A stretch of 64,000 nt of DNA from Methanotrichaceae archaeon (GTDB taxonomy: Archaea; Halobacteriota; Methanosarcinia; Methanotrichales; Methanotrichaceae). The notes under the pieces were generated by a model. That model ran no database searches. It worked only from the letters and a program-made list of their open reading frames with translations, and was not told where the DNA came from. The DNA lies in assembly GCA_963748825.1 (NCBI GenBank), contig CAVVKN010000002.1, forward strand, positions 167,366 to 231,365, read 5' to 3'. Shown in pieces: positions 28,797-38,345 of this stretch. A program made the translations under genes and the position numbers. Position 1 is the stretch's first letter; each line of letters starts with the position of its first letter.

Positions 28797-29723
28797 ATGT
28801 ACGAGATCGTAACCAAGGAGACCGTAGCTCCCAATATCATACACATGAAGTTTAAAGCTCCCAAGATTGCGAGCACTGCCAGACCGGGTCAGTTTGTGAT
28901 CATTAGAGTGGACGAGAAAGGAGAGAGGATACCTATGGGCCTGGCCGGCTGGGACGAAAAGGATGGCACTGTGGACATTGTCTTCTACGTTCTGGGGACC
29001 AGCACCGCCAAGCTGTCCACTATGAAAGAAGGTGAATGTGTGACCAACATCGCCGGCCCACTGGGAACGCCGACAAAGATCGAAAACTTCGGCAGAGTCA
29101 TCTGTGCTTGCGGATGCTTTGGGGTCGGGCCGACACTACCGCTCGTAAAGGCCCTCAAAGAGAAGGGCAACTACGTGGTAACCGTTGTGGAAGGCCGCGG
29201 TCCGGATTTCGTCTTCTGGATAGACAAGCTCAAGGAGTACAGCGATGAGGTTCATGTCGTTACAGGCTGCGGCAAGACTGCCTGGGCCAATGACTTCATA
29301 GAGCAAGAACTGCAGTCAGGAAAGGGAGTCGACAGGATATTCGCTCATGGTTGCCCTTTCATGATGAAGGTCTCCTCGGACGCCTCCCATGCCTCGGGAG
29401 TGGAGACGATTGTCAGCCTTACGCCCATCATGGTGGACGGCACGGGCATGTGCGGTGCCTGTCGAGTGGAAGTGGCCGGCAAGACCAAGTTCGCCTGCGT
29501 GGACGGCCCGGATTTTCGTGGCGATCAGGTCAACTGGGATGGACTGGTTCTGCGACTGCGCCAGCTCATCCCTGAAGAGGATAAATCCTTCAACATCTGG
29601 GAAAGAGATAACTGGCATAAGCTGATGGACTGCCGGCACAAGAAGAGCTTCAATCCGGCAAAAAGAAAGCTTATCGACGAGCTGGAGCATCCGGAAGGCG
29701 ATTGCAAGTTAGCAGGGGCTTGA
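28797..29723 (+). CDS. sudB: Nfn small subunit / SudB (PyrK-like FAD and [2Fe-2S] protein)
   Basis: PGQFVI..GERIP, GPLG, MVDGTGMCGACRV...FACVDGPDF; starts 2 nt after the fdh stop. Confidence 0.9.
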   Translation: MYEIVTKETVAPNIIHMKFKAPKIASTARPGQFVIIRVDEKGERIPMGLAGWDEKDGTVDIVFYVLGTSTAKLSTMKEGECVTNIAGPLGTPTKIENFGRVICACGCFGVGPTLPLVKALKEKGNYVVTVVEGRGPDFVFWIDKLKEYSDEVHVVTGCGKTAWANDFIEQELQSGKGVDRIFAHGCPFMMKVSSDASHASGVETIVSLTPIMVDGTGMCGACRVEVAGKTKFACVDGPDFRGDQVNWDGLVLRLRQLIPEEDKSFNIWERDNWHKLMDCRHKKSFNPAKRKLIDELEHPEGDCKLAGA

Positions 29724-29956
29724 TTATACTGAGGATTGGCCATCAATGTGAAGTTTTTTCATAACCCCTTTATTTTTTCATAACTTTTCATAATTTATCT
29801 GCCAACCGCAAACCTTTTAGGCGATATGCCGGCAAGCAATTGCCAATTCTGCAGGCTGCCCAGAAAAGCGAGCCGCGATAGCCTCTACAAAACCATCGCA
29901 AAAATGCCGGCTGTTTCGGGATAGACTTGTCGGGCTGCCTGCTCTGGAGGGAGATT

Positions 29957-30878
29957 ATGGCATTCAAAGTTCCCGCTGATATCGCTAAGGCAGCCATTGC
30001 TGCCGGATGCACGAAATGCAATATAACATGGCAAAAGCTACTGGTGCTGGGCTTTTTAGCCGGAGCCTACATCGCCTTTGGAGCTCTTTTAAGCGAGATT
30101 GTGGCTGGAGGCCTTTCCAACGGCACCATCACTGCCCCGGACGGCGCCATCTGGAAGATCGCTCTGCCTGGGGGCCTAGTCAAGTTCGCTGCCGGAGCGG
30201 TATTTCCAGTGGGCCTGATGCTGGTAGTAATCGCTGGCTCAGAGCTATTCACAGGAAACTGCATGTTTGCGCCCATTAGCATTCTCAACGGCGAGGCCAC
30301 CGTCAAGGGCCTGATGAAAAATTGGTCGCTGGTTTATGTGGGCAATTTTCTGGGATCTATTTTCGTGGCCTTTTTCCTGGCTTACCTGTGTGGATTTTTC
30401 GATAACCTGCCCTGGGCAGGATGGGCGGCAACCGTAGCCAATACCAAGTGCGGCCTGGACTTCGAAACTGCGTTTCTGCGGGGAATAGGCTGCAACTGGC
30501 TGGTCTGCCTGGCTGTATGGCTGGCTATAGGCTGCTGAAGACGTGATCGGCAAGATCTTTGCCTGCTGGTTTCCCATCATGGCATTCGTCGCCATCGGCT
30601 TTGAGCACAGCGTGGCCAATATGTTCTTCATTCCCCTGGGCATCTTTGCCGCCAACAATCCGGCAATAGCCGCCAAGCTGGCCACAGCGGGCGTGTCTAC
30701 CACAAACCTGGCCGGAAGCGATGGGTGGTATAACTTCTTCATCACCAACCTGATTCCCGTTACCCTCGGCAACATTGTAGGAGCGGCGCTCTTCGTGGCG
30801 GCACTCTACTGGTATGTCTACCTCAGAGGACCGCTGTGCGTGCTCAAACCCGAGAAGACCAAGACCGCCAAGAAATAA
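29957..30878 (+). CDS. fdhC: Formate/nitrite transporter (FdhC-like), split by a 1-nt frameshift
   Basis: [26 protein letters not shown], then [18 protein letters not shown] in another frame; removing one G at 30530-30531 restores [12 protein letters not shown]. Confidence 0.88.
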
Positions 30879-30945
30879 ATCTCCTCCCTGAATCGGAAGC
30901 GAGGGGCCAGGCTCCTTGCTCCTTATCATTTCTGTCACACATCAT

Positions 30946-31389
30946 TTACGTTTTCCTGAGAAGCTCAGCTACGTCTTCCAGGGAATTCTTCTCTCGCAAA
31001 GCAGTCAGCGCAGGAGGCGATTCCTGAAACAGTTCCAGTGCATTGAAGAATCTGTCCAGCACATCTCCTCTGTAGGTAGGAACCAGGAAGATGTGGGTAT
31101 GTGGTATTCTCCGGCCGCGGGCATACATGCAGACGAATTCGGGCTTCAAGGCCTTCATCATCTTCTCTGCCACTATCTTTGCCACCCGAAAGAGGCTGGC
31201 ATTCTCCTCTAGTGAGAGCTCATGCCACCATGGCACGTGCCTCTTGGGAATGACCAGGCAATGCCCTTTTGAGAAGGGATTGATATCGAGTATGGCTAAA
31301 GAGAGTTCATCCTCATAGATCTTGCAGCAAGGTGCCTTGTCTTCGATAATATCGCAGAAAATACAACAGTTCTTAGTGTCTTCGACCAT
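30946..31389 (-). CDS. HIT family protein
   Basis: CIFCDII, AILDINP..GHCLVIPKRH, IPHTHIFLVP. Confidence 0.9.
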   Translation of the reverse strand: MVEDTKNCCIFCDIIEDKAPCCKIYEDELSLAILDINPFSKGHCLVIPKRHVPWWHELSLEENASLFRVAKIVAEKMMKALKPEFVCMYARGRRIPHTHIFLVPTYRGDVLDRFFNALELFQESPPALTALREKNSLEDVAELLRKT

Positions 31390-31470
31390 AAAGCCACATC
31401 CGGAATCCTTTAGTGACGCAATAGCTCTAATCAGCACGACTTTATATAGAAAACTAATGTTCTTAGCGGT

Positions 31471-32114
31471 ATGGTTGAAATGAAAGTTGATGTTGAGGAA
31501 GAGTTGATAAAGGAAGCTAGAGAATACTCTGAAGATCATCAACCAACACCGGAAGATATTGAGTTTATAAAAGAATGGGAAAAACGAACTAAACATGTTT
31601 GCAAACCTTGTTGGGAGTTAAAGTATTGCCCTTATGGCCCATTGGTTGAGAATTTTCCCTTACTCGGTCCAACGAAAAAGGAAGCGATTGAGCATAATGA
31701 TTTTTTAAAAGAACAACTCCAAAAAGGAGCATATACTGGTTGGAGAAAGCAATCGATTGAGGAAGATGTACTAAACTTCGATCCTAATGAATATCCTGAA
31801 GAATACAAAAAAGAAGAAATTGAACAATGCTGTGATGTATTCGGACACATTTGTCCTACCTTTTTGTAAATGAACCTCTTACGGAAACACTCGAAATGAG
31901 AAGAATTTCCAGAAACATTGATAGGGCTACAGCAATCCGTGTTGTGAGGAGAGATAATTCCACTTGTCAGATTTGCGGGAAAAACTTGTTAGATAAAGAT
32001 ATCGAACTTGATCATAAAATACCTTGGTCGAAAGGAGGAGTTACGGAAGAAAATAATTTGCAGGTAACATGTTTTGATTGTAATAGGAAAAAGAGTGCTG
32101 AATTCCATCCTTAG
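31471..32114 (+). CDS. HNH endonuclease with Cys-rich N-terminal domain, split by frameshift
   Basis: RDNSTCQICG..ELDHKIP..GG...NLQVTCFDCN; adding one T to the T5 run 31861-31865 fuses both ORFs; AT-rich. Confidence 0.82.
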
Positions 32115-32148
32115 ATCGAAAACTGAGAAATTAGGAGATTGATTTTAA

Positions 32149-33381
32149 TTGCCCGGAGACAAGAAAGCCCTATTAGCCGTCCTCGGCTCCTGCATCGCCA
32201 TCTTCTGGCCAGGCGCTCTCACCTTCGGCTTTCCTGGGGTCATGGCTCCCCTCTGGCAGGAGATGTTTCACGTCGGGCGCGCTGCCACGGGCCTGACCAT
32301 CTTCTTCATGCTCGCTGCCGTGGGCGCCTTCATGTTCCTGGTGGGCCGCTGGCAGGAGCGCTGGGGCCTGCGGCGCATGATCGCTCTGGGCGTCATCCTC
32401 ACCGCTCTCGCTTCCTTCGTCGTCTCCCAGGCCAGCTCGATTTACACCGTCTACGTCTGGGCCTTCCTTAACGGCACAGCCTCATGCTTTGTCTACGTCC
32501 CAGCCCTGACCCTGGTGCAGTGGTGCTACCCGCAAAGGAGGGGCCTGGTCGCCGGCACGGTGAGCATGGTCTTTGGGCTGGCGGCGGCCATCATGTCGCC
32601 GCTCTTTGGAAAAATGCTCTCAGCCTTCGGCTACGAGGCCATGAACCTGGCTGTCGCCCTTCTCACTCTTTCCATTGGCCTTCTGGGAGCCTATTTTGCC
32701 CGCGCACCGCAGGATTGGGAGAAGGCTGCCTCTGCCCGGCGCACCGGGGGCACATCGGCGCCAAAACAGACGGCCGAGATATTTCATTCTGCAAAGTCGC
32801 TCACCGTAAAGGAGAGCCTTCACACCAGAAGCTTCTGGCTGCTCTGGATCACCTGGACCTTTGCCGGAGCGGCGGGCGTCTCCATGACCCTCCTCGCCAC
32901 CGGTTACGGGCTCTTCCTGGGCTTTTCATTGCCCTCAGCCATCCTCATCCTGACCGCCTTCAACCTCAGCAACGGGATGAGCCGCCTGCTCAGCGGTATC
33001 CTTTCCGATCGCTTCGGAAGAAATCAGGTCATGAGCCTGGCCTTCCTGGCAGCGGGCGTGGCCTACTTCGCCCTCCCCTGGACGAGAGGGCTGGGAGTGT
33101 GTGCTCTTCTGGCCGCGGTAGTGGGTTTTTCCTTCGGGACCCTCTTTTCCGTCTCCGCACCACTGGTGACAGACTGCTTCGGCCTGGAGCACTTCGGAGC
33201 CATCTTCGGCCTGACCTTCGCAGCCTACGGCTTTGTGGCCGGACCACTGGGGCCCACACTCTCCGGCTACCTGCTGGATGTGACGGGAGACAACTTCTTC
33301 CTGGTCTTTATGTATCTGGGCATCTTCTGCCTGCTGGCGGGGTGGTGCATCCGGCAGGTGGTGCCCCCGCAAAGCGCTTGA
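32149..33381 (+). CDS. MFS transporter, oxalate/formate antiporter (OFA)-like
   Basis: About 12 TM segments, GRWQERWG and SDRFGR MFS loops, PQRRGLVAG, FGLEHFGAIFG. Confidence 0.85.
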   Translation: MPGDKKALLAVLGSCIAIFWPGALTFGFPGVMAPLWQEMFHVGRAATGLTIFFMLAAVGAFMFLVGRWQERWGLRRMIALGVILTALASFVVSQASSIYTVYVWAFLNGTASCFVYVPALTLVQWCYPQRRGLVAGTVSMVFGLAAAIMSPLFGKMLSAFGYEAMNLAVALLTLSIGLLGAYFARAPQDWEKAASARRTGGTSAPKQTAEIFHSAKSLTVKESLHTRSFWLLWITWTFAGAAGVSMTLLATGYGLFLGFSLPSAILILTAFNLSNGMSRLLSGILSDRFGRNQVMSLAFLAAGVAYFALPWTRGLGVCALLAAVVGFSFGTLFSVSAPLVTDCFGLEHFGAIFGLTFAAYGFVAGPLGPTLSGYLLDVTGDNFFLVFMYLGIFCLLAGWCIRQVVPPQSA

Positions 33382-33416
33382 TGTCAAAAAATTGGCCCAC
33401 CATTATTATAATATAT

Positions 33417-33821
33417 CTAAAATTGCACATCCACTTCCACGATCTTCGCCCCCTGCCGCAGTGACTCTTTGACAGCAGCCATGTCCTTCATGAGAAAGAC
33501 ACGCCACTTATCTGTCTCGATCTGGGCCAGAGAGTTTTTGAGAACTGCAGCATACCGACTCTGCCGATCGAGCTTTACCACATAGCCTCGGGAGCTTTCC
33601 ACCAGCGCCACCTCGAATCCCCTTCTTTCCAGCAGCTTTTGGACCAGGTTCCTCTCGCCTGGGGTCTTGAGGACGAAGCGGTAGCCCTCTTTGTCGTAGT
33701 AATCGGCCAGTTCCTTAAAAATTTCTTTATCTTCAAAAAAATGCTTGAATATCCAGTGGCTCCCTGCCTTGATGATGGTGATGCTTTTCTTGGGGGAAGC
33801 AGGCAGGTCGTCGTCCGGCAT
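33417..33821 (-). CDS. Hypothetical protein
   Basis: 134-aa ORF with globular composition, not overlapping neighbours; TTATATC-like TATA upstream. Confidence 0.7.
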   Translation of the reverse strand: MPDDDLPASPKKSITIIKAGSHWIFKHFFEDKEIFKELADYYDKEGYRFVLKTPGERNLVQKLLERRGFEVALVESSRGYVVKLDRQSRYAAVLKNSLAQIETDKWRVFLMKDMAAVKESLRQGAKIVEVDVQF

Positions 33822-34036
33822 GGAAGAATCCTCTCAGATCAGACGTATTATCATAATTATCAGATATAAAATTTTGCGGCAAGGGCGCTGATCATGAGAA
33901 TGAAAATTGGTTTTGTCTGATGACTGCAGAACAAAGTTCGTTTCAGAGGCGGTGCGCCTCGATCGGGCCGTATGACCCTAGTGCGGACAATGGCTGATTT
34001 AGCGCAAGCAGACATCATTTTTTGTCTCCTCGCTGT

Positions 34037-34151
34037 ATCTCTGCGAACTCTGCGCCTCTGCGGTTAATAATCGTAGCTTGATAATAAAACCCCGGTGGTT
34101 TACGGAATAAAACCACAGAGTCAAGAGCGCACTGAGTACGCACAGAGATTC
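34037..34151. repeat. Dispersed copy of the CAGAG inverted-repeat family
   Basis: Reverse complement aligns by eye with 17612-17712 including the linker (TTATCAAGCTACGATTATTAACCGCAGAGGCGCAGAGTTCGCAGAGA). Confidence 0.9.
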
Positions 34152-34170
34152 AATTGCATCTCGATGCCCT

Positions 34171-34950
34171 CTACACGCTGATCCTCTTTAAAACCACCAT
34201 GCATCCTGAGAAGAACACCATCAGGAAAAAAATGATGGCAAATAGAGACCCCCAAGGAACAGGCTGGTCGAGAGCTGCAGCTCGCAGGCAGATGCTGCAG
34301 TGCGTGAGGGGAAGCGCATAAAGGGCCATCTTGAGTCCCCAGGGAACCTGGGCCAGGGAGAAGAAGGTCCCGCCCAGGAAGGTCATGGGCAGGAGGATGA
34401 GGCTGCTGAAGGTGGCCAGATCCTGGTGAGACCTGGCAAGCAGAGCGGCCAGCACTCCCAGAAACGAAAAGACCAGACAGGTTAACAGCAATTCCATTAA
34501 AAAAAATGGACCTACACGAAACCCCGGTGCCAGGAGCAGGGAAGCGGCAATGAAGGCGATGGAGCTGACCAGGCCTCTTACTACCCCGATAAGAGCTTTG
34601 CCGAGGAGCAGTGAGAGCAGGCTGATGGGCGCCATTAGGCACTCATCGAAACTGCGAAAATAGAGCCGGTCCACATTTAACCTCGTTCCAGCTCCATTGA
34701 AGCTGGCAGTCATGGCAGTCAAGGCGATTATGCCCGGCACTACGAACTGCAGATAGCTGGTTCCATTGACGCTCATGCCCCGGCCCAGGCCCCAGCCAAA
34801 GGCCACCAAATAGAGGAGCGGGCTGACGGTGGTGGTGATCAGATAGCGGCCCGACCGGCTTCTTAGTATCAGCAGGTCCGACCAGAGGACGGTATAAGCG
34901 TCCTGGCTATTTATCCAGAACCTTTTGACCAGTGAGTTCGACAAAGACAT
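34171..34950 (-). CDS. ABC-2 type exporter permease
   Basis: YLQFVVPGIIAL, LMAPIS, FLGGTFF, LPLTH motifs. Confidence 0.9.
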   Translation of the reverse strand: MSLSNSLVKRFWINSQDAYTVLWSDLLILRSRSGRYLITTTVSPLLYLVAFGWGLGRGMSVNGTSYLQFVVPGIIALTAMTASFNGAGTRLNVDRLYFRSFDECLMAPISLLSLLLGKALIGVVRGLVSSIAFIAASLLLAPGFRVGPFFLMELLLTCLVFSFLGVLAALLARSHQDLATFSSLILLPMTFLGGTFFSLAQVPWGLKMALYALPLTHCSICLRAAALDQPVPWGSLFAIIFFLMVFFSGCMVVLKRISV

Positions 34951-35782
34951 CCTCCAAATTCGACTCGCGCATGAGGACCTTTTCCTGGCCGGGCAGACTG
35001 CTCACAAATGCCGCTGCCTCTTCCCGGTCAGGGAAAAATCTGTAATCGGTTCCGTTGCCGCATCCCGGGCCGCATCCCTGGATTTCCACAGTGATCATTC
35101 CCAGCCTCTGGCGTAGCTGCAGGGGTGTGCCCAGAGCAATCAAGCGGCCGTGGTGGATTATTCCCACCCGGTCGCAAAGCGCCTCAGCCTCTTCGATGTA
35201 GTGAGTGGTGAGAAAGACGGTAGATCCATCTATATTCATCCTGCGAATGAGGTCCCAGACACGTCTCCTGGCCTGGGCATCCAGTCCCACCGTCGGCTCA
35301 TCCAGGAATAAGAGCCTGGGACGATGAAGCAGGGCTCGAGCGATCATGGTCCTTCTCTTCAGGCCGCCGGAGAGCTTATCGATGAGCTTATCGGCGTGCT
35401 CCGTCATTTCTACGTACTCTAAAAGCTCCTCGATCCTCTCTCTTCTGACCTCCGGTGCTAGGTGATGAAGCCGGGCATGAAACTCCAGGTTCTCTCTCAC
35501 GCTCAGATCTCGATTAAGGCTTATGTGCTGCTGCACAATCCCGAACTGCGACTTGACACTGGAAGGGTCATGAGCCACATCAAAGCCGTTTATAAATACA
35601 TTTCCTGATGTGGGCTTGGTCAGAGTAGTAAGAATGCGAATAGTGGTAGTCTTGCCTGCCCCGTTAGGCCCGAGAAAGCCGAAGAGCTCGCCCTTTTCCA
35701 CTCTTAAGTCCAGGCCGTCCACCACTCTTTTTCCTGCGTACTCACGGGTCAAGCCATCGATCAAGATCATGGGATCGGACAT
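34907..35782 (-). CDS. ABC-2 type exporter ATP-binding protein
   Basis: GPNGAGKT, LSGG, FLDEPT, TTH. Confidence 0.93.
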   Translation of the reverse strand: MSDPMILIDGLTREYAGKRVVDGLDLRVEKGELFGFLGPNGAGKTTTIRILTTLTKPTSGNVFINGFDVAHDPSSVKSQFGIVQQHISLNRDLSVRENLEFHARLHHLAPEVRRERIEELLEYVEMTEHADKLIDKLSGGLKRRTMIARALLHRPRLLFLDEPTVGLDAQARRRVWDLIRRMNIDGSTVFLTTHYIEEAEALCDRVGIIHHGRLIALGTPLQLRQRLGMITVEIQGCGPGCGNGTDYRFFPDREEAAAFVSSLPGQEKVLMRESNLEDVFVELTGQKVLDK

Positions 35783-35838
35783 CTGCAATACTGCCACCTT
35801 AATTGTGATCTGTCTGGAATATCAAGATTGAGTTTGGC

Positions 35839-37905
35839 TCAAGTGTTCTTTTGGAATAGTAGCTGTTGTTCTCGATCCACAATGCTGCAGAGGGCCTCCG
35901 GGCTCAGGCTGGATAGGGGGTAATACTTTCCACCCGCGCTCTCTGCGATCTCCTGGCAGTAGCCTAGCCTCATGTCCATGAAGGAACTCTCAACCACCTC
36001 GGTATCGATGACGATGGTCTGCACGCCGAGCTGTCTGCTCTGCTGTGATATCTCCATCAGCTCGTCCCTGATCTTGCCGCCCATTCCCACATTGGCCCTT
36101 CCATCGGATATGAGGACCATCATCGTTTTCGTCTCTATGTCTTTCTGTAGCTCGCTATGCAAGAGCTGCAGTCCCCTTGAGAGGCCCGCACATAGCGGCG
36201 TCTTACCGCCCGTGGGAAGGGCCTGCAGCCGGCTCAAGGCCAGATCCACGCTGGAGCAGGGAGGGAGGATGATCTCTGCCTCCGTTCCCTTGAAGGCCAC
36301 CATGCCAATTTTGTCTCTCTTCTGATAAGAGTCCATAAGCATGGAGAGAACCGCCCCCTTAGCGCCCTCCATCCTCTGCATGGCCCCCATGGAACCGCTG
36401 GCATCCACCACGAAGAGAACCACTGCACAGGTCTTCCCCACTCGCTCCTTCTCTCGAATATCCTCACCCTTTACAATAATAGCATTGCTGCCGGATCTGA
36501 ACTTCTGGTAAGGTGCTGCTGCTCGAATCGTGGCATCGATGGCAATATCTTTGCCTGTGCGGGGCATCCTCTGTCGCAGGTATCTTCCACGGTTACGCAG
36601 AGCGAGTGTATTCATTCTTCTGCCACTTGTCTTGCGGCGGGCAATTCGATCCCGTTCGCTGGGCACATTTATCCGGCGCACATCTACGGGCGAGCCGACA
36701 TGGAAGACCTGCTCCTCCGGCTTGGCTGCAAGGCTTTGCCCGCAGTCCTGCTGTTCATCGGGCTGCTGGGACTCTTGTTCATCTTTTTTCGGTTGATTTT
36801 GGTCCTGGTGCGGATGCTCATGTTGATGCTCATGTTGCGGTTCCGGCTGCTGTTGCTGCTCCTTTTGTTCTTGCTGATGCTTTTCCAGGGACTCGTCCAG
36901 CTTTTCTTTGTTCAGGGTGGGTGGCTCAAAGGGCCTGCTCCTCATCCGGTGAGCCAAAGCCAGCTGCATGGCCAATTTTACGTCCTCCTGGTTGACTTCT
37001 GTCCGTCCCTCAAAGGCAGCAATGGTTTTGGCCGTTCTGGTGATGACGATCTCGGCCCGGTGCGTCTTGACTCCCAGGTCGATGCAGGTAGATGCAATGG
37101 TTCTCAAGAGATCATCGTGCAGAGTCACATCTCGCAGAATCTTCTTGGCAGCGGAGATCTTGCCCTTCAGCTCCTCTTGCATGGCATGAAAGCGAAAGGC
37201 AAAGACCTCCGGGTCCAGGTCAAAGCTCTCCGCATTCTTGGCGATCAGCATTCTCTGATCCACATCAGCAATACCGGCAACGCTCACTTGCAGCCCGAAC
37301 CGGTCTAATAGCTGAGGTCGGATCTCTCCCTCCTCCGGATTCATCGTGCCCACCAATATGAATTTGGAGGGATGAGCCACGGATACACCCTCGCGTTCAA
37401 CAATATTTACCCCCATGGCAGCGGAGTCGAGGAGGACATCGGCCACATGATCGTCCAGGAGATTGACCTCGTCTATGTAGAGAATGCCTCGATTGGCCGC
37501 CGCCAGAATCCCCGGTTCCAGGGCTTTAATGCCTTCCTTGATGGCCCTCTCCACATTCAAAGAGCCTACTACACGATCCTCCGTGGCCCCCAGTGGCAGA
37601 TCTATCACCGGAGTCTTGCGGCTTGCCTCTTTTATCCGGCCTGTCTCGCTCTTCTCAAAGCAAAGATCGCACATCTCCTCCGGATTGGTGGGATCGCAGT
37701 TGAAGGGGCAGTCTTCCACCACGGCAATGCTCTCCAGCAGATCGGCTAGAGCGCGCACGGCGGTTGACTTGGCAGTGCCTTTGTCGCCCCGGATGAGGAC
37801 GCCGCCTATGCGAGGATTGACGGCATTTAGAATCAGGGCGAACTTCATGTCTTCCTGGCCCACGATGGAAGTGAATGGTATGGTCCTTCTCTTGAGATGG
37901 TGCAT
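35839..37905 (-). CDS. Class I chelatase AAA+ ATPase with vWA domain (ChlI/ChlD-like)
   Basis: [32 protein letters not shown]; Q/H/E-rich linker; MIDAS DASGSM, GKTPL, SDGRAN. Confidence 0.94.
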   Translation of the reverse strand: MHHLKRRTIPFTSIVGQEDMKFALILNAVNPRIGGVLIRGDKGTAKSTAVRALADLLESIAVVEDCPFNCDPTNPEEMCDLCFEKSETGRIKEASRKTPVIDLPLGATEDRVVGSLNVERAIKEGIKALEPGILAAANRGILYIDEVNLLDDHVADVLLDSAAMGVNIVEREGVSVAHPSKFILVGTMNPEEGEIRPQLLDRFGLQVSVAGIADVDQRMLIAKNAESFDLDPEVFAFRFHAMQEELKGKISAAKKILRDVTLHDDLLRTIASTCIDLGVKTHRAEIVITRTAKTIAAFEGRTEVNQEDVKLAMQLALAHRMRSRPFEPPTLNKEKLDESLEKHQQEQKEQQQQPEPQHEHQHEHPHQDQNQPKKDEQESQQPDEQQDCGQSLAAKPEEQVFHVGSPVDVRRINVPSERDRIARRKTSGRRMNTLALRNRGRYLRQRMPRTGKDIAIDATIRAAAPYQKFRSGSNAIIVKGEDIREKERVGKTCAVVLFVVDASGSMGAMQRMEGAKGAVLSMLMDSYQKRDKIGMVAFKGTEAEIILPPCSSVDLALSRLQALPTGGKTPLCAGLSRGLQLLHSELQKDIETKTMMVLISDGRANVGMGGKIRDELMEISQQSRQLGVQTIVIDTEVVESSFMDMRLGYCQEIAESAGGKYYPLSSLSPEALCSIVDREQQLLFQKNT

Positions 37906-37924
37906 TTTGTCTCTCCCCTTTTGA

Positions 37925-37949
37925 GTATCATGAAGATCTCATTTAGTAT
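37925..37949. promoter_or_regulatory. Putative NikR-type operator
   Basis: GTATCA-N13-TAGTAT 20 nt upstream of the chelatase ATPase start. Confidence 0.4.
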
Positions 37950-38271
37950 TATAAAGCTTTTTGTAGTAACACTAAAGAGCTAATTTATCAAAATTTTTCT
38001 AATTCATAAGAAATGATAAATTGATATTATGCCAAAATTAAGATCTCTTATCATTTGCTATTTGGTGAAATAAGTGATTGTAGGCATTCATAAATAGAAT
38101 AACAGATGTGCATCCTCATGCACACCTGTTCTCTTCGCTTGATGGAGTTATGTTACCGAAAAGGTTTCCTCTTGCTTATATATCTATCGGTTAAGTATAA
38201 CTAAACAATCTATTTATGCTACAAATTTAGCATGAAAATATAAAATATGCAGATTTAGATCTTAGATATTC

Positions 38272-38296
38272 ATACTAGAAAAGGATTAAATATTAC
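38272..38296. promoter_or_regulatory. Putative NikR-type operator overlapping a TATA-like box
   Basis: ATACTA-N13-TATTAC with ATTAAATA inside, ~50 nt upstream of ATG 38346. Confidence 0.45.
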
Positions 38297-38345
38297 TAAA
38301 AGCAAATTGACTTCATTTATCTGCGAGTGCAGAAGAGGGATTGAT

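Noticed and set aside
30536-30538. TGA read-through in fdhC
   Set aside because: The downstream half is in a different frame; a 1-nt indel, not recoding, repairs it.
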